DNA from: Lophium mytilinum | Lineage: Eukaryota | Direction of reading: 5' to 3' | Assembly (NCBI GenBank): GCA_010093605.1 | Contig: MU004181.1 | Coordinates: forward strand, 930,001 to 994,000 | Length of the DNA stretch: 64,000 nucleotides | In this document: positions 61,485 through 64,000 of the stretch, in pieces | Layout of the letters: every line of letters begins with the position of its first letter | Numbering within the stretch: position 1 is the first letter of the stretch | Notes under the pieces: model-generated | Databases searched by the model: none | The model's input: only the letters and a program-made list of their open reading frames with translations | Told to the model about the DNA's origin: nothing | Position numbers and translations under genes: made by a program

Positions 61485-62247
61485 TCAGGTGTCCTTATAG
61501 CACGCTTTGCCTTCCCTCTTGTGCTCGTGGAACGCGCAGGGGTTTTTAAGCCATTGTGGTTTGTTATCGCGGTTCTTGCCTCGTACTGCGGCGAGTCCGT
61601 GCAAGAGTTCCTGGAGAAATTCCCGAGGTAGTTCCACATCTCCGTAATGGTCGATGAATTCCTCGGTGCACTGTTGAACGATCTGCTCGATGATGAAACG
61701 CCTGAGCATGGATCCAGGCAACGTCTCTTTGTATATCACTGCTACGTCGGCCTTCGCATTGATGAACGAGGGAGCGTCTTCGACTAAGTGAATGAGTGCA
61801 TCCATGACCGTGTCCATGAATTTTGTGTCCATGAGACGCTGTCCCATCGTCCAACACCGAACGAGACTCGACATCTCCCCCTTGAACTCGGTTTCGACTT
61901 GCGGCTGTACCGGCTTCTTGTCATAGCCGTCTGGGGCGCTATAGATCTTGCCAGAATAGAGCCAATGGAAGTAGATGTTGAAATGGTCTGGTGAGAGGTC
62001 TGGAAGTGGGATCACCCGCTCAATCGATTCGCGCCATTCGCCTCGGAGAGCAGCGGCGAAGAAGTCTGAGCTCTTGACGAGAAAGGAGTCGTGGATCAGA
62101 AAATCCTGAGAGCGGTTTGTAGAGCTGACTCGAACAGTGACCACGGTCGATCCTATGCTAACTTGTGTTAGTATGCACGTATTTGTTCAACTGGATTCGG
62201 AGAGCTTGCCCGACTGCCTGGGAGGCGGGACGCCGGACTTCGGTCAT
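61485..62247 (-). CDS. BTB/POZ-domain protein (paralog of 59361-60122)
   Basis: MTEVRRPASQAVG|IGSTVVTVRV; FLIHDSFLVKSSDFFAAALRGEWRES; C-terminal CAFHEH..CYK; GC-AG intron 62209-62158. Confidence 0.88.
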
Positions 62248-62740
62248 CTTGGCTTGCAAGAGTAATAAGATGAAAATAGGAGAGACAGCAGAGTGTGGCC
62301 GAAGGATCTACGAAGTAGGCTGTGATATGATGTGATATGCTGTGGTGGTGGTTGTGGTTGTGAGGAGGGATGTCCTTGCTACGGTACGAAAGATTCAGCC
62401 ATTTATATATTAGCTCCCCCAAAACTTGCTTGCTGTCAGTGAATCGACCACGAATTCCCATTTTCATCGTGTGGAAAAAGACACCGAATCGGGAGGGATG
62501 GAGAATCCAGAGAGAGAAGAAAGGTAGCAGCAATGAGCTGCTACTCTTCAAGCAAAGCTTAACGGAGCTAGAACAAAGATGTTGAAAGCTCGTAGCGTTA
62601 GCAATAGCACTAAAGCACACATAATCCATCAACTCGGTCACATCACGCTTCCAACGCCAAAGTCTTCATCCTAAAACCCACAAAAACAACACCCACCAAA
62701 AAAACAAACCCTCAACCCTCACCCCATCTATCAGAAGAGC

Positions 62741-62747
62741 AAAAAAA
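62741..62747 (-). terminator. RNA polymerase III terminator (T7)
   Basis: TTTTTTT three bases after the tRNA discriminator base. Confidence 0.85.
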
Positions 62748-62750
62748 GAT

Positions 62751-62888
62751 TACTCGGACTGAGGTTTGAACTCAGGACCTTCAGTGCAACTAATGTTACT
62801 GCTTTGGTATTAGTATTGAAAACCTCGAATGCGGTTTGGAACTGGGATAACCTACGACTGACGTGATAACCAACTACACCATCCGAGC
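62751..62888 (-). tRNA. tRNA-Val(AAC) gene interrupted by a 57-nt spliceosomal-type intron (62855-62799) and a 7-nt canonical tRNA intron (62793-62787)
   Basis: Acceptor stem GCTCGGA/TCCGAGT plus A73; A-box/D arm TGGTGTAGTTGGTTATCAC; anticodon stem TCAGT/ACTGA; variable loop AGGTC; T arm CTGAG-TTCAAAC-CTCAG. Removing both inserts gives loop C-T-AAC-A-C and a 74-nt cloverleaf with typical Val features. Confidence 0.88.
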
Positions 62889-63716
62889 TTAATAAGCGGT
62901 ATCAAATATAATTGCAGCTATCATCTAAGAGGCTCGGGAGGTGCGAGATGATGGCGTTGGTGATGATGTGTTGGCGGTGTGAATATTGCAAGGAGGAGTG
63001 GAGTAGGAAGTGTGAGGATGCCCCGCTGACCTTTCCGCATTCGGCTGGGGAGGGGGCAGTCAAATGATTTGACTGCGAGCTGTAGCATCTAATATTAGGG
63101 GGAACGCAACGTTATGTACATAGAGCGCCCCTGTTTTGCTACTAGCATCGATCGTTCTAGGTGATAGTCATGATCCAACAAATAATACTCTTTTTCTTCG
63201 CGATTCAAGATTTTCTACGTATAATGGAACGCATGTCAATTCAATAGCATTGTGATGTCCAACTACGGTTAGAGATCTGATCCTCATAATTTTTGAACAT
63301 TTCGACTGGATGTACGGCTGTACCTTCAAAAAGTTCACAAGTCAGCATAGAGGCACGAGTTTAGCATTGAAAGCCACGAAGAAGCGTGGCGCATATTCTT
63401 TACTTATTTGTACAATAGCAGTATTAATATCCTGGGTGGAGAGCATAACCAACTCGTAAATCCATCCCGCTGTATAGCCAAAGAAATCATGTCGATGAGA
63501 ACGTAAGCATATCCAGGCGCCATCCTAACCCGAGCCCAAGAAACCTGTCCTGTGAAGCCTAAAAGAAACCCCATAGAGTGAAACAAAAAAGAGATAGATG
63601 TGAAGGGCCGGCTATGAACACTCCTAATATCACAGGTGCTGAGCGTGAAGAGGTACGTATGCTTGCACTGTATCACGCTATACCCAAAAAGAAATCGATG
63701 AACCAACTGCCGTCTC

Positions 63717-64000
63717 TTAGTTCTTTTGCACAAACTCCTCAACCCGCATCGTCTCCCCACTTGGGCGGGGCGACACATCAACGACGCTGCTGTCGGGTGT
63801 CCACGCGGTGGAGGTGCTTGGTGTGTATTCCCTGAACCCGTTCACAACTACATCACTGCTGTCCTCGGCATCCTCATACGCCGGTGGCTCAGTACTACCA
63901 GACTCAGACCGGCAATCAGCCTCAGACCGGTAGTCCGGAAGGCTACTTGTGCGGCTCGGCGGCTCCGAGCTCATCACCGGCAGTTCCGCAATCGTGAAGG
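63717..64000 (-). CDS. 3' end of a gene entering from beyond the window (low-complexity tail with LPDY/PPAY motifs)
   Basis: Frame open from the window edge to a stop at 63717; product not identifiable. Confidence 0.55.
   Translation of the reverse strand, partial: FTIAELPVMSSEPPSRTSSLPDYRSEADCRSESGSTEPPAYEDAEDSSDVVVNGFREYTPSTSTAWTPDSSVVDVSPRPSGETMRVEEFVQKN

Noticed and set aside
62787..62855. Reading the tRNA as Tyr(GTA) or Leu(TAG) with one 64-nt endonuclease-type intron
   Set aside because: It requires G at invariant U33 or a short loop, lacks the Leu variable arm and the Tyr C1-G72 pair. The GT-AG model restores all canonical Val features.

Overview
Gene-dense eukaryotic DNA from a filamentous ascomycete (Pezizomycotina, probably a Dothideomycete; inferred from gene content and short introns, mostly 50-60 nt, with CTRAY branch sites). 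About 29 protein-coding loci are supported. Housekeeping genes: RPS3, an SLC35F6-like transporter, MHR1, VPS38/UVRAG, a LAG1-type ceramide synthase, METTL16, MET8, PEP7, NUP188 and trifunctional trpC. Accessory genes: HET-domain, Zn2Cys6 factor, PLAC8, S1/P1 nuclease, Alt a 1-like, CE4 deacetylase, BRCT-WGR and two BTB paralogs. There are also two copies of a ~227-bp TIR MITE and several degenerate repeat arrays. The most striking signal is a minus-strand tRNA gene at 62751-62888. It folds into a canonical tRNA-Val(AAC) only if a 57-nt spliceosomal-type intron (GTAGGT...TACTAAT...CAG) is removed from the anticodon loop between positions 32 and 33, in addition to an ordinary 7-nt tRNA intron at 37/38; the anticodon then sits on a 5-nt micro-exon. 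Other notable items are an intact but highly divergent, apparently slicer-dead Argonaute, a tandem pair of disordered proteins ending in MCTIL (CaaX), and BTB paralogs with a frameshift in one and a GC-AG intron in the other. Exon boundaries were read by eye and family names come from motif recognition; no database searches were run.
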